A stretch of DNA of 56,546 nt from contig DAHVAM010000001.1 of assembly GCA_027314605.1 (NCBI GenBank), positions 1-56,546 on the forward strand. The letters run 5' to 3'. This DNA comes from Candidatus Micrarchaeota archaeon. GTDB lineage: Archaea > Micrarchaeota > Micrarchaeia > Micrarchaeales > CABMGC01. Below, piece after piece: positions 35,028 to 44,150 of this stretch (positions are counted from its first letter, which is position 1; each line of letters starts with the position of its first letter). The translations under genes were made by a program, and so were the position numbers. A model generated the notes under the pieces. The model made no database searches, was not told the DNA's origin, and saw only the letters and a list, made by a program, of their open reading frames with translations.

Positions 35028-35429
35028 ATGATGCAGACAAGGGAGCGCGCGCTGAGCCGCATACCCGCGCTGGCGCAGCTGGCAAGAGACAGCTCCCATG
35101 GAAGCCTGGCGCCCAGAGGCACAGCCCATGAATTAGTGATTGCAATCAAGATAGTCTCGGCTGCGAAGAGGATGGACGAGATGCGGTCTCTGCATCTCTA
35201 TCTTGCGCAGTATCTTAGGGAATCTGCGACAAGCGCCTATGAGCAGCGCTACCCGGTGCATGCCGCAAGTGACCTGATCAAGCTAGCCATCGATGAGCTG
35301 CATAGCCACTATCTTCGCAGCAACTTCGCCACCGAGCTAAACGGCGCCTGCAGGGCCAGGCTCGCGAAATGGAGCTGTGTCCTTACAAGCAACCTGCTGC
35401 TGAATTACAGCTTTGCTGGATCTTTGTAA
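35028..35429 (+). CDS. hypothetical helical protein (weak)
   Basis: 133-aa ORF starting 8 nt after the previous stop. No motif is recognised. Confidence 0.35.
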   Translation: MMQTRERALSRIPALAQLARDSSHGSLAPRGTAHELVIAIKIVSAAKRMDEMRSLHLYLAQYLRESATSAYEQRYPVHAASDLIKLAIDELHSHYLRSNFATELNGACRARLAKWSCVLTSNLLLNYSFAGSL

Positions 35430-35431
35430 AA

Positions 35432-35593
35432 TCAGAGAGAAGCGGTAATGAAGTGATCCAGCACCACTATAAGTATGGCGAATATCGCCACTGCGACTAG
35501 CAAAGCCTTCGGGCCCATCAACGGTCCCTTCTCCGGAGCGTCATAGAAGCTGAGCACCCCTGCCTGGTTCTGCGGTGTCGAAAGCGTTGCCAT
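35432..35593 (-). CDS. secG: preprotein translocase subunit Sec61beta (archaeal SecG)
   Basis: MATLSTPQNQAGVLSFYDAPEKGPLMGPKALLVAVAIFAILIVVLDHFI has the typical 54-aa tail-anchored layout. The start is taken at M21 of the track ORF (cat at 35591-93). Confidence 0.8.
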   Translation of the reverse strand: MATLSTPQNQAGVLSFYDAPEKGPLMGPKALLVAVAIFAILIVVLDHFITASL

Positions 35594-35676
35594 TAAACCG
35601 CTATTTCCTTGGTAGAAAAGTAATATAAATCTGACACGAAAATAAGTATACACGTTTCAGCGGCTTTTTTAAGGAA

Positions 35677-36249
35677 GTGGAGATTATGGAAGGATCATTA
35701 GCGATGAGGGCTAGCAAAGAGCAACCACAATCAGCCCCGGCACCGGTTTCAAGAAGGGGGCCGGAAGGCTTCAAGGAACTCTCCGGGCTTTACGGGAATT
35801 CGTCAGGAGACTATTCAAGAATAGACTCAAACAAGTTGAAGCAGGCGGTCACCAGGCTGACCGGAATCCGCGACTGCCTTCCTGCGTACGGCCGCGCTGC
35901 GGATCTGGTCAAGGCAAAGGCGCAGCGAGCCAGAAACGGCGAAGAGGCGGCGCGCTTCCTGGGAATCGCAAGAGACCTGTACCAGAGGCATGCCCGGCAG
36001 GAAGAGGCGCATGGCGGATTCATGCTTGCCGCAAGGGTCTATCTGCAGGATCTGGGAGACGAGCAAGGCGCCAAGGCCGCATACGAGAAACAGGCAGCGA
36101 TGGAGAGATCCCGTGGAAACTGCGCGCAGGCCGCAGCGCTTGAAGCCGAGATAGCCGCAGGCAGGCTTCCCGCGCTGATGGTGATGCTCAGGTACTCCGG
36201 CGATCCGAAGGACCGCGAGAGGTTTCTGCTCCTGCAGAGAAGGAAATAG
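35677..36249 (+). CDS. hypothetical protein, TPR-like helical C-terminal half
   Basis: ARFLGIARDLYQRHARQEEAHGGFMLAARVYLQDLGDEQGAKAAYEKQAAMERSRGN. It lies 8 nt upstream of the next gene. Confidence 0.55.
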   Translation: MEIMEGSLAMRASKEQPQSAPAPVSRRGPEGFKELSGLYGNSSGDYSRIDSNKLKQAVTRLTGIRDCLPAYGRAADLVKAKAQRARNGEEAARFLGIARDLYQRHARQEEAHGGFMLAARVYLQDLGDEQGAKAAYEKQAAMERSRGNCAQAAALEAEIAAGRLPALMVMLRYSGDPKDRERFLLLQRRK

Positions 36250-36257
36250 GGATCGAT

Positions 36258-36992
36258 ATGGATGGAACAGGCGCAAGAACAGGGAGGCTGGAATTGGCGT
36301 TCAAGCTCATGGGGAGCGGAAGCGATGTGTCAGTGAAGGCAGGGGCGAGGATAATATGCGAAGCGGAGAAGCTGCTAAAGCTGCAAAATGAAGACATTAG
36401 GAATGTCTTGCTCCTCGCGAGGAGGCATCCATCTGTCGGCCCGGCAATAAAAGAGCTAGAAAAAGAATCGGGAAGGAAACTGCTCACAATCCCCCTATCC
36501 GAGCAGGAGCGCTTATTGGGGCGCGCTGTGACTGTCGAGGCGCTCGGCGAGCTAAGGGAACTGCCTTCCAACGTGGATGTCGCCCTGTTCGATTATAGGC
36601 TGTTTTCAAGACACACCAAAACCCTGGCTGGAGGCGGGGGCTTTGTGGAGGAAACGGCAAAAGCGGAATCGACGGCGACAATAGGGAAAAAGGCGATTGT
36701 ATACGAAGATGCGAAGGTCATAGATTTCGCAAGGGCCGAAGGAAATACGGAGGTATGCGGCAAGGCAGTTTTGCTTGATGGCGCGGCAGTCAACGCAGAA
36801 ATCATAAGCGGGACTGCGGTGATAGGCGGCATTACCCGGCTGAACGGAGCGATATCGGTGTCGTCTGGGAATCTCATGACCAATCTGATTTTTACGACAC
36901 AGGCGTCTGTCGACAAGTGGATAAAAATCCAGGAGGCGTTTGCCCTGAAGAACGGCATCGAGCCCATCGATCTGAGGTCTCTCCTGCGGTAA
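36258..36992 (+). CDS. hypothetical protein with a beta-helix (hexapeptide/bactofilin-like) C-terminal segment
   Basis: IGKKAIVYEDAKVIDFARAEGNTEVCGKAVLLDGAAVNAEIISGTAVIGGITRLNGAISVSSGNL shows the short periodic hydrophobic pattern of a parallel beta-helix. Confidence 0.6.
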   Translation: MDGTGARTGRLELAFKLMGSGSDVSVKAGARIICEAEKLLKLQNEDIRNVLLLARRHPSVGPAIKELEKESGRKLLTIPLSEQERLLGRAVTVEALGELRELPSNVDVALFDYRLFSRHTKTLAGGGGFVEETAKAESTATIGKKAIVYEDAKVIDFARAEGNTEVCGKAVLLDGAAVNAEIISGTAVIGGITRLNGAISVSSGNLMTNLIFTTQASVDKWIKIQEAFALKNGIEPIDLRSLLR

Positions 36993-37023
36993 GGTAATAA
37001 ATGCATTCTGCATAGGTTAATCG

Positions 37024-37800
37024 ATGTCAAGCAAGAGAAGCAAGAAGAAGAGATCCTCAAGGGAAGACTATCCGATCCGCGAGCAGCTCAAGATCGAGGA
37101 AGGGGTATTCGACAACAGGACCATGCTCCGCATGAAGAAGCTCTTCACCCACAACATAATATCGAAGCTGGAGTTCATCATAGCGAAGGGAAAGGAGGCC
37201 GATGTCTACATAGCAGGCAGGGGAAGCGCCGTCCCCAACGATTTCGTCGCCGTGAAGATTTTCCGACTAGAGACCTCGAGCTTTGAAAAACGGATGGATT
37301 ATATTTACGGGGATCCCCGTTTCGGCAAGATAAAGTCGGGGATATTCAACATAGTAAGCGAGTGGTGCAAGAAGGAGTATGGAAACCTCAAGATCGCAGA
37401 AGTCGCGAGGGTGCACGCCCCAAAGCCTTATCTCTTCAGCGGCAACGTCCTTGCAATGGAATTCATCGGTGATGAATACGGGAAGCCCTCGCAGACCCTG
37501 AAGGCGGGGGGAACAGGGGATCCCGAAGGCACGCTGAAAATAGTGCTCGAAGACCTCAAGAAACTCTACAAGCGAGACCTCGTGCACGGCGATGTCAGCG
37601 AATACAACATACTCATGAAGGAGGACACGCCCTATCTGATAGACTTCGGCCAGGCTGTGGTGTTGGACCATCCGATGGCAACAGAATTCCTGAAGAGGGA
37701 TGTAAAGGTTATCCTTACGTACTTCAAGAAGAACTACGGCATTGAAAAGGACGAGGAGAAGGTCTTCAACTGGATCACCTCGGAACTTTCCAATGAATAA
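37024..37800 (+). CDS. rio1: RIO-type serine/threonine protein kinase (Rio1-like, no N-terminal wHTH)
   Basis: IAKGKEADVYIA, VAVKIFR, LVHGDVSEYNIL and YLIDFGQAV. Confidence 0.9.
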   Translation: MSSKRSKKKRSSREDYPIREQLKIEEGVFDNRTMLRMKKLFTHNIISKLEFIIAKGKEADVYIAGRGSAVPNDFVAVKIFRLETSSFEKRMDYIYGDPRFGKIKSGIFNIVSEWCKKEYGNLKIAEVARVHAPKPYLFSGNVLAMEFIGDEYGKPSQTLKAGGTGDPEGTLKIVLEDLKKLYKRDLVHGDVSEYNILMKEDTPYLIDFGQAVVLDHPMATEFLKRDVKVILTYFKKNYGIEKDEEKVFNWITSELSNE

Positions 37801-37895
37801 GGCAATTCGTGGCTTTAAGTCAGAGAAGACCGCAGAGAAGCATGTGGATAACTGGAGGATCTATTGCCGAGATGGCAGATGCAAGGAGAAAATAA

Positions 37896-38210
37896 TCACT
37901 TGGGAATCTCGAAGCCCTTCTTCTGCAGCAGCTCCCTGTCCATTATGCTGTATCTCCAGACGACATCGCCGCGCTCATCTCCCTGCACTGGCCACGGGGT
38001 GACAAGGACGAGGTCGTTCTCCTTTATCCAGAACCTTCTCTTCAGCCTTCCGGGAATGGCGCACCTCCTCACCTTCTTGTCCGAGCAGAATACGTCGAAG
38101 TTGGTGGCGCCAAGCGATTTTATGACAATGCCTATTATCTGATTGCCTTTCGGCAGCACCAGCTGCGGCGGCGCCTGTTGTCCCGGTTTTTTGTACATCA
38201 AATTCCTCAA
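37896..38210 (-). CDS. eif1a: translation initiation factor aIF-1A
   Basis: [61 protein letters not shown] is the S1-like OB signature. Confidence 0.93.
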   Translation of the reverse strand: MRNLMYKKPGQQAPPQLVLPKGNQIIGIVIKSLGATNFDVFCSDKKVRRCAIPGRLKRRFWIKENDLVLVTPWPVQGDERGDVVWRYSIMDRELLQKKGFEIPK

Positions 38211-38623
38211 TAGCTCTTAATGGTGTATCTTGCTCCGCATGCCTCGCAGCTGATCGTGACGTAGCCCCTTTCCCTTCCCACTATGTGGGTGTCTGGCTTG
38301 TGGCACTCCTTGCAGATGACATACATCTCGAAGAACCTTCTTATCTTTGTGTTAAGCTCAGCGGACTGCACCCTTGCGCTTATCTCCATGCTGTGCTCCT
38401 GGAGGCTGACAGGCGCGGCAAGCTCCTTCGTAAGGTACTTCGCAATCTCGTCCTTGCCCCTTCTTGCCCTGTCGGCAATCTGGTCTATGTTCTTTAGTAT
38501 TGTCTTGCTTCCCTGTATCAGCGAGTCCGCCTCAGGCACCTGGAAGTCGGCCTTCTCGATGGAGAGCGTCGGAAGCTCAGAGAATGCCTTGTCTAAGAGT
38601 TGATTGTAATCCAGAAGAATCAC
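38207..38623 (-). CDS. eif2b: translation initiation factor aIF-2 beta subunit
   Basis: [13 protein letters not shown]..., [36 protein letters not shown]4 zinc knuckle. It overlaps the eif1a start by 4 nt. Confidence 0.92.
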   Translation of the reverse strand: MILLDYNQLLDKAFSELPTLSIEKADFQVPEADSLIQGSKTILKNIDQIADRARRGKDEIAKYLTKELAAPVSLQEHSMEISARVQSAELNTKIRRFFEMYVICKECHKPDTHIVGRERGYVTISCEACGARYTIKSY

Positions 38624-38670
38624 TGGCTATACATGGGCATGAAAGATATTAATACGTGATGATTTCGGTG

Positions 38671-39177
38671 TCAGCTCTGCGAGAGCAATTCGTTGAGCTT
38701 CGAGCCCCTATCGTAGCGCATCGCGAATATGCCTGCTACAACCAGGAAGAGCCACGTCACTGCCACCGCGTCATTGAACAGGAGGTTCGGGCTCGCGCTC
38801 AGCGAGAGCGCGTCTGGCCCCCCTGTGGCATCGAAGGCATAGTTTGTTATGGCGCTTATTACCAGCACCGCCGTCACGGGCCCGTACCACATCCTGAGTC
38901 CCAGAAGGTAGATCACTGCAACGAGTATGTAGATGGCAGAGGCGAGGCCCAGCCAAAGCGAGTAAGGCGTAGCGACGTTCCAGTTGGGAGAGCCCAGCGC
39001 GACTGCCGAGAAGTTTAGAAGCGCAAAGATGACAAGCGAGAATCTCAGCAGTTTTATGGAGCTGTAGCTGCCCTTGGAAAGTTCCTTCGGCAAACCCTTC
39101 TTGACTGACAGCCAGAGGAAGTAGGAGCTTATCTTGTATTTTATCTCCCTTCCCAGCCAGTTTATGTCAGAATCCAT
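38671..39177 (-). CDS. integral membrane protein, function unknown
   Basis: 168 aa with 4-5 hydrophobic helices. A TATA-like CTATTTATTG about 26 nt upstream suggests a leaderless start. Confidence 0.6.
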   Translation of the reverse strand: MDSDINWLGREIKYKISSYFLWLSVKKGLPKELSKGSYSSIKLLRFSLVIFALLNFSAVALGSPNWNVATPYSLWLGLASAIYILVAVIYLLGLRMWYGPVTAVLVISAITNYAFDATGGPDALSLSASPNLLFNDAVAVTWLFLVVAGIFAMRYDRGSKLNELLSQS

Positions 39178-39271
39178 GTGGAGGAAGGGAAAGCAATCAA
39201 TAAATAGATTGTGCTTCCTGCCATCAGGACGGCGATACCAAGGCTTAAGAAGCTTAACGGATTAACTATAA

Positions 39272-39573
39272 CCGCAGCAGTAAGACGGGAAGCTAGGGGT
39301 TTCCCATACCGCAAATCCCCTTCAGGCGGGTCACATGCCGACAGAGTGTTGTATGCAGCTCATGGGAACCTTGTTGAAGCGTCGAAGCCTTGCCTTTGGC
39401 GGTGGTTCTATATGTGAAACGGGCCAGGCCGGAAGGAGCAACCCTAAGTATATAGCAATTATGGTTTTCAAAATCATGGGCGTACAAAGGACTATGCTCT
39501 GAAGATACAGGGTGGAGTGGATGGAAGGACAATCCCACGCGCTCGTATGATGCAATGTCGGCCTCTGCTGCAC
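39272..39573 (+). ncRNA. ffs: signal recognition particle RNA (archaeal 7S RNA), ends within a few nt
   Basis: The helix 8 apex GGGCCAGGCC-GGAA-GGAGCAACCC (39421-44) is extended by CUAUAU/AUAUAG. The Alu domain has hairpins GGGAA-GCUAGGGGU-UUCCC and CCGC-AAAUCCCCUUCAG-GCGG, whose loops carry complementary GGGG/CCCC. Helix 2 is GAC/GUC. Helix 5 starts with GCCGACA(39337-43)/UGUCGGC(39556-62) and UUGUAU/AUGCAA. Terminal helix 1 is GCAGCAG(39274-80)/CUGCUGC(39565-71). Length is about 300 nt. Confidence 0.85.
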
Positions 39574-39580
39574 TTTATAT

Positions 39581-39664
39581 GCCGGGTTCGCCTAGAGGTA
39601 GGGCGGCAGGTTGCTAACCTGTTTAGGAGAAATCCTTTCATGGGTTCGATTCCCATACCCGGCG
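39581..39664 (+). tRNA. tRNA-Ser (anticodon GCU), class II long variable arm, no intron, CCA not encoded
   Basis: Acceptor GCCGGGT/ACCCGGC, D arm GCCT-AGAGGTA-GGGC, anticodon arm GCAGG-TTGCTAA-CCTGT, variable arm with AGGA-GAAA-TCCT stem, T arm ATGGG-TTCGATT-CCCAT, discriminator G. Confidence 0.93.
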
Positions 39665-39730
39665 ATTACATTCACTTCGCTTTTTGGCATGCTGCTTTAA
39701 ATATCTGAAATTTGAGACTGTTTTTGTGAT

Positions 39731-40174
39731 ATGATGGTTATTTCCAAAGCTACAGCCGAAGGAGCCGGCGCGAAGCAGGCTCTTGCAGAGTCGCTACGCC
39801 GTTACAACGGCGCCTTCACTCCAAGAATGCGCAAGGAGATGCTCTCCTCCGAGGAGATAGCCGACGCACTGGCCGCCGTGGGAAGGCGCGGAAAGCATAA
39901 TGTTCCCCATGTCTCGGACAGGCTGGTGAACATTGTCAGCCAGACAAGGGACCCGAAGAGCGCAGAAAAAGTCGCCAAGCTTCTACTGGCCGTGGATGTC
40001 GACAATCCGTCCGGCCTCGCCTCATTGTTCGAGCGCCTGGCGTGCTCAAACAATACTGTCTACGGAGGAAGCGCGAGATCAAAGGCCGAAGTCATCGCCA
40101 CGATCGCAGACGCGCTGTCGATATTCAAACACGATCCAGACCTTCTGATGGCTATCCTGAGGACTAGCATCTGA
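39731..40174 (+). CDS. hypothetical helical protein
   Basis: 147-aa ORF preceded by TTTAAATA (about 39698) and a T-run after the tRNA. No motif is recognised. Confidence 0.55.
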   Translation: MMVISKATAEGAGAKQALAESLRRYNGAFTPRMRKEMLSSEEIADALAAVGRRGKHNVPHVSDRLVNIVSQTRDPKSAEKVAKLLLAVDVDNPSGLASLFERLACSNNTVYGGSARSKAEVIATIADALSIFKHDPDLLMAILRTSI

Positions 40175-40178
40175 ATTC

Positions 40179-40565
40179 CTACTGTTCGTAATAGTGCCTG
40201 CCGCGCAGGATGAACTGCTTCTGGATGGTTCTCGGCTCGAAGTACTTCTTTGTAAACTCCGCAACCTTCCTAGGGTCGAATTCCTTGCAGCTGTACACGT
40301 CTATCGAGATGAAGTTTTTCTTGCTCATCGTGTGTATGACCACAGACGAGTCTGCCAGCGGAACCCAGCCGCTGAGCCCTGCCTTGTCCGGAAAGGCCTT
40401 TCTGTCTGTCCGGAATATTGAAGGAGGGGACTGTTTCTTCATGCCCAAGAACCTGACCATCTTCTCCAGATAGCTGTAGCAGTGTTCCAAGTCGCCCGAG
40501 GCCCCCGGCCTGCATCCGTAGCAATCGAGAAGGAGCTCATACCCGAAAACCTGGCTTTTCTTCAT
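40179..40565 (-). CDS. speH: pyruvoyl-dependent S-adenosylmethionine decarboxylase-like proenzyme (SpeH/SpeD class 1)
   Basis: GYELLLDCYGC...LSGWVPLADSSVVIHTMSKKNFISIDVYSCKEFDP. The self-cleavage site reads DSS where ESS/ESH is usual. The first ATG is at 40565 (the track start at 40586 is TTG). Confidence 0.8.
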   Translation of the reverse strand: MKKSQVFGYELLLDCYGCRPGASGDLEHCYSYLEKMVRFLGMKKQSPPSIFRTDRKAFPDKAGLSGWVPLADSSVVIHTMSKKNFISIDVYSCKEFDPRKVAEFTKKYFEPRTIQKQFILRGRHYYEQ

Positions 40566-40572
40566 GAATTGA

Positions 40573-40608
40573 ATGCGAACTTGCAAGCTAAAAAGTTTGC
40601 GTTCGCAT
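40573..40608. promoter_or_regulatory. inverted repeat bracketing a TATA-like box in the speH / ABC divergent promoter
   Basis: ATGCGAAC (40573-80) and GTTCGCAT (40601-08) are perfect 8-bp inverted repeats. The arms extend imperfectly (TTGCAAGC / GTTTGC) around TAAAAAG. Confidence 0.35.
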
Positions 40609-40638
40609 AGGATACAACTAGTTAGGTTAGGCTACTCG

Positions 40639-41475
40639 ATGGATGTCATAGAAACGAATAACCTTGTGAAAAGATACCGTGACGGCCACTTGGCGCTGGA
40701 TCGACTGAACCTCAGGCTGGACAAGAAGATCACAATGATACTGGGCAGGAATGGCGCAGGCAAGACGACTCTTCTCAGGATACTCTCCACGCAGCTGCTT
40801 CCCACATCCGGCACAGTCAGGGTGCTTGGCTATGACATAATGAAGGACGTCAAGAGACTCAGGGGGAAGATAGTCAGCATACCGCAGGAAGTTGAAGCAA
40901 TGGGCATAATCACCCCCTATGAGCACATGCAGTTCTACCTTCTCGCAAGAGAATTCCCAAAAGAAAAGATTGATGGCATCATAACAAAGACCCTCAAGCA
41001 GCTGGGGCTCTATGATTTCAGGAACAAGCCGTCAGACCTTCTCTCCGGAGGGATGAAGAGGAAGATTTTCGTTTCCATGGCACTGGCAGCCGATGCCGAA
41101 CTGACATTCCTGGATGAACCCACTGTAGGGCTTGATCCCATATCGAGGATGGAGGTCTGGTCGGCGATAAAGAAACTGGCAGGCAAGGTCATCATAACCA
41201 CGCACTACATGGAGGAGGCGAAGATACTGGGAGAAGAGATAGCCCTGATTGATTCGGGCAGGCTGAAGATGCAGGGATCCCCTTCGGATCTCCTGAGGTC
41301 GCTGAAAGGCCTGATGAGGGTAGAGGGCCTGAGCAAAGGGAAGATGAAATTCAAGATAGGCGGCACTGACATATCCTACCTGAAGAGCAGCGAGGCCGTG
41401 TCGTATGCGGACAGGGGATATGATGTCAAGCAGCTGGATCTGGAGGATCTCTTCCTCCTGGGTGAGGTAAGATGA
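40639..41475 (+). CDS. ABC transporter ATP-binding protein (ABC-2/DrrA-like)
   Basis: ILGRNGAGKTTLLRIL (Walker A), LSGGMKRKIFVSMAL (signature), LTFLDEPTVGLD (Walker B) and TTHYMEEA (H-loop). The start is at MDVIETNNL. Confidence 0.92.
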   Translation: MDVIETNNLVKRYRDGHLALDRLNLRLDKKITMILGRNGAGKTTLLRILSTQLLPTSGTVRVLGYDIMKDVKRLRGKIVSIPQEVEAMGIITPYEHMQFYLLAREFPKEKIDGIITKTLKQLGLYDFRNKPSDLLSGGMKRKIFVSMALAADAELTFLDEPTVGLDPISRMEVWSAIKKLAGKVIITTHYMEEAKILGEEIALIDSGRLKMQGSPSDLLRSLKGLMRVEGLSKGKMKFKIGGTDISYLKSSEAVSYADRGYDVKQLDLEDLFLLGEVR

Positions 41476-42194
41476 ATTTTAGGTTTGTATACGAATTTGG
41501 GAGGATCTACGGCTTCAACACCATACGCAGGGTGGCGTCATACATAATCTCATCGCTGCTGATACCCCTCTCGCTTCTTTTCATACTCGACATCGTTTCG
41601 AAGGGCCAGCTCCTGCCGTTTGCAATAGTCGGCGGGCTTACCTCTATTGTTGTCTCGAATGCGCTGCTAACCATGACCGACGCGGCAAACCTGAGGCTAC
41701 AATGGAAGATACAGGACCTGCTTGCTGCGACGAAGCTAGGCCCCACATCCTACATGTTCGGATTGATGCTCAACAACCTGTTCTTCGCTCTTCCGGGGAT
41801 TGCTCTCTACATCATCATCGGGCTTGCCTACCACCTGTTCACGCCCCTGCTGTTTGCGGCAATGGTGGTGATCCTGATCTTGTTATACATTGCCGCGTCT
41901 TCGATAGCATTCTTCGCATCGTTCTTCCCTGAGCACATCCGCGCAGTCTGGGGATACACCCAGATCATTTCCCTTATTCTCGGGCTCTTTCCTCCTATCT
42001 TCTATCCCTACACGCTGCTTCCGAAGGATCTGCTTTACGTCTTTCTGATATTGCCGTCGACCTCAGCCTCGATACTCATACAAAACATCTTCGGACTGAC
42101 CCCCTTCTTCCAGCCTGCCCTTTACATCTTTCCCATAGAGGTCATAATCTGCTTCATACTTGCAGCGAAGTTCGTAAGTTGGAGAAGAAAATAG
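41472..42194 (+). CDS. ABC-2 type transporter permease
   Basis: 240 aa with 6 hydrophobic helices. It overlaps the ATPase gene stop by 4 nt (ATGA). Confidence 0.8.
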   Translation: MNFRFVYEFGRIYGFNTIRRVASYIISSLLIPLSLLFILDIVSKGQLLPFAIVGGLTSIVVSNALLTMTDAANLRLQWKIQDLLAATKLGPTSYMFGLMLNNLFFALPGIALYIIIGLAYHLFTPLLFAAMVVILILLYIAASSIAFFASFFPEHIRAVWGYTQIISLILGLFPPIFYPYTLLPKDLLYVFLILPSTSASILIQNIFGLTPFFQPALYIFPIEVIICFILAAKFVSWRRK

Positions 42195-42202
42195 AACGGG
42201 TA

Positions 42203-42469
42203 TTAACTATTTTTTGTGATAACGTATTCTGCCCCTCCTGAAGTCACAACATAGATCCCGTTGGTATAATTTACAAAAATGTTGTCAAGGTTCGAAGTGA
42301 AATTCAGGTATTGGGGGCTAAACTGGCCTGCCAGGTTTTCCTCTATCTCAACATAGGCAAGCGAGCTGAATTTGTAGTAATCCATGTTTATCGCACCTGC
42401 CCCATTCAGCAGATTCAGGAATATCCCTATCTGGACAAAGGCCGCAAGGGCCACAAACAAGAGGGCCAT
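42203..42469 (-). CDS. small N-terminally anchored protein, last gene of the pilin-like operon
   Basis: MALLFVALAAFVQIGIFLNLL plus a beta-rich tail. It lies 15 nt after the preceding gene and has no clear Q-x-S-x-E motif. Confidence 0.45.
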   Translation of the reverse strand: MALLFVALAAFVQIGIFLNLLNGAGAINMDYYKFSSLAYVEIEENLAGQFSPQYLNFTSNLDNIFVNYTNGIYVVTSGGAEYVITKNS

Positions 42470-42484
42470 GCCGTAGAATGAGAT

Positions 42485-42865
42485 TCAATCTACCTCTATG
42501 CATATCTCTCTCTTCCCATATGGCGCTGAAAATGGAAAGCACTTGGCAATCATGCCTTTCGGGATTCCGCTAGAATTTCCGGATACGGAGAAGGAGCGAA
42601 AGCCATAGGCATTCGGATAGTATTGTACAAAGCCCGGAAGGCAGGAACTGTTGCCTGCGCCTTGAAGGTAGAGGCATTCACGCTCAGACAAATTTCCCTG
42701 CAGTTGATACATGAAATCGTATGCAGCCGCGCTTGCAGCGACTCCCAATCTGGCCCGATAGGCGCCGCGGTTCAATGAATTTATGGAAAACCCGGCAAAC
42801 GACACTGCGGAAGTGGCAAGAAGAAGAGCCATGATGGCCTCTATGCTCGCGAATTGTAGTTTCAT
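42485..42865 (-). CDS. type IV pilin-like protein (class III signal peptide)
   Basis: MKLQFASIEAIMALLLATSAVSFAGF. It lies 4 nt after the preceding gene. Confidence 0.65.
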   Translation of the reverse strand: MKLQFASIEAIMALLLATSAVSFAGFSINSLNRGAYRARLGVAASAAAYDFMYQLQGNLSERECLYLQGAGNSSCLPGFVQYYPNAYGFRSFSVSGNSSGIPKGMIAKCFPFSAPYGKREICIEVD

Positions 42866-42869
42866 CCTA

Positions 42870-44150
42870 TCAGCTGCTCCTTATGTCTATCATGGAGCCC
42901 TGGTAAGGTATCGAGGAATTCCCGATGCCTACGTTCCTGATGTCAAGGTCTATCACATATGAGAACGGATAGGCCGCCGCGCAGGCGAACGAATCGCCTA
43001 TGATACTGCACTCCTGTTCCTTCGCCGGCGCCAGGGAGTTAACCAATCTGCTCTCAGCGCCATTGAACGATGCCACGGCTTCCTCGATAGATGATTGCGT
43101 TGCGCCAGATACGCTTGATGCGTTGTAGAAGCCTAGCGCCGAGTATGCGGCGTTCTTCGCCTGCTCATAGGCACTATACCATGTCTGGTTCGCAGTCCAT
43201 GAGCCGTTTACCCCGACGACTTCCGGGCCAGGCGGATACCCGCTTTGGCTGATCTCTGCGACAGTCGCATTGCCTATTGGGATGCCGTTCATCACGGCGA
43301 TGGACCTGTTGCCGCCGCTTGAGAGATTTGCATGGATTACTCCAGCGCTGGTATATACGCTCAGCGAGATGCTGTATCTCTCAGTGTAATTATACTGGTC
43401 TGGGGCTGTGATGCTGTACGCTGTGGATTCCGGTGCCATGCAGTATGTCTGGGAGTACGACCAATACGGGGAGAGGCAGCCTCCGTTGAAGACCATGTAG
43501 TCCCACGAATTGGCCGTGCCGCACTGTCCCGGCTCCGTATATATGGCGCCTGTCCATATGTTCTTTATCGTGCACAGGCTCCATGTGGAGATCGTGGAAA
43601 CAGGGCTTGTCGAAGCTTGGTAAATGACGCTCTCATTCAGCCGCTTTATGTAAGCGAATGCCTGGCCTCCGGTTCCGCCCGCCTGCGCAGGCGCGGCATA
43701 TGTGTTAAAGATTTCTGTAGAGGAAAGGCTGGCGTTCGGGCATGAGACGTTGTAGCCTATCGATATGCGGTCCGCTCCCTGGGATATCGGCTCAAAGCCG
43801 AGGCTCAGCATCTCAAGGCCTTCTAGCTTGACTGTGGCGTTCGGGCGTGAAAAATCCACACCACTCGAATTCAATGTGATCTTCGCAAGGCCGCTCGAGC
43901 AGCCATAAGCATCTATCTGGATAGTGTTCTTTGAGAGCAGTGTGGAGTTTAATGGCACATATATCGAAATCTTTGGGTCATTCGGGTTTGAGGCGTTCAA
44001 GACGCTAAGGTTCACTGGCATGCTGCTGAATGCCGCCACTGCCTCCTTGTTCGCCGCGATCCCTTTCCCGAAGAATGCTATTGTGCCAGCGCTCAGCGCC
44101 GCGATCGCCGACAGCAGCAAGAGGAACTCGAGGCTTGACTGGATATTCAA
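42870..44150 (-). CDS. large (427 aa) pilin-like surface protein with a class III signal, many N-x-S/T sequons and 8 Cys
   Basis: A TTG at 44150-48 overlaps the upstream TGA (TTGA) and gives MNIQSSLEFLLLLSAIAALSAGTIAFF, matching its neighbours. The ATG start of the track ORF would add a non-signal-like leader and overlap the upstream gene by 73 nt. Confidence 0.7.
   Translation of the reverse strand: MNIQSSLEFLLLLSAIAALSAGTIAFFGKGIAANKEAVAAFSSMPVNLSVLNASNPNDPKISIYVPLNSTLLSKNTIQIDAYGCSSGLAKITLNSSGVDFSRPNATVKLEGLEMLSLGFEPISQGADRISIGYNVSCPNASLSSTEIFNTYAAPAQAGGTGGQAFAYIKRLNESVIYQASTSPVSTISTWSLCTIKNIWTGAIYTEPGQCGTANSWDYMVFNGGCLSPYWSYSQTYCMAPESTAYSITAPDQYNYTERYSISLSVYTSAGVIHANLSSGGNRSIAVMNGIPIGNATVAEISQSGYPPGPEVVGVNGSWTANQTWYSAYEQAKNAAYSALGFYNASSVSGATQSSIEEAVASFNGAESRLVNSLAPAKEQECSIIGDSFACAAAYPFSYVIDLDIRNVGIGNSSIPYQGSMIDIRSS

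Noticed and set aside
39211-39708. Short ORFs (39211..39417, 39293..39538, 39331..39573, 39517..39708)
   Set aside because: They lie within the SRP RNA and tRNA-Ser genes. The RNA secondary-structure evidence is far stronger.
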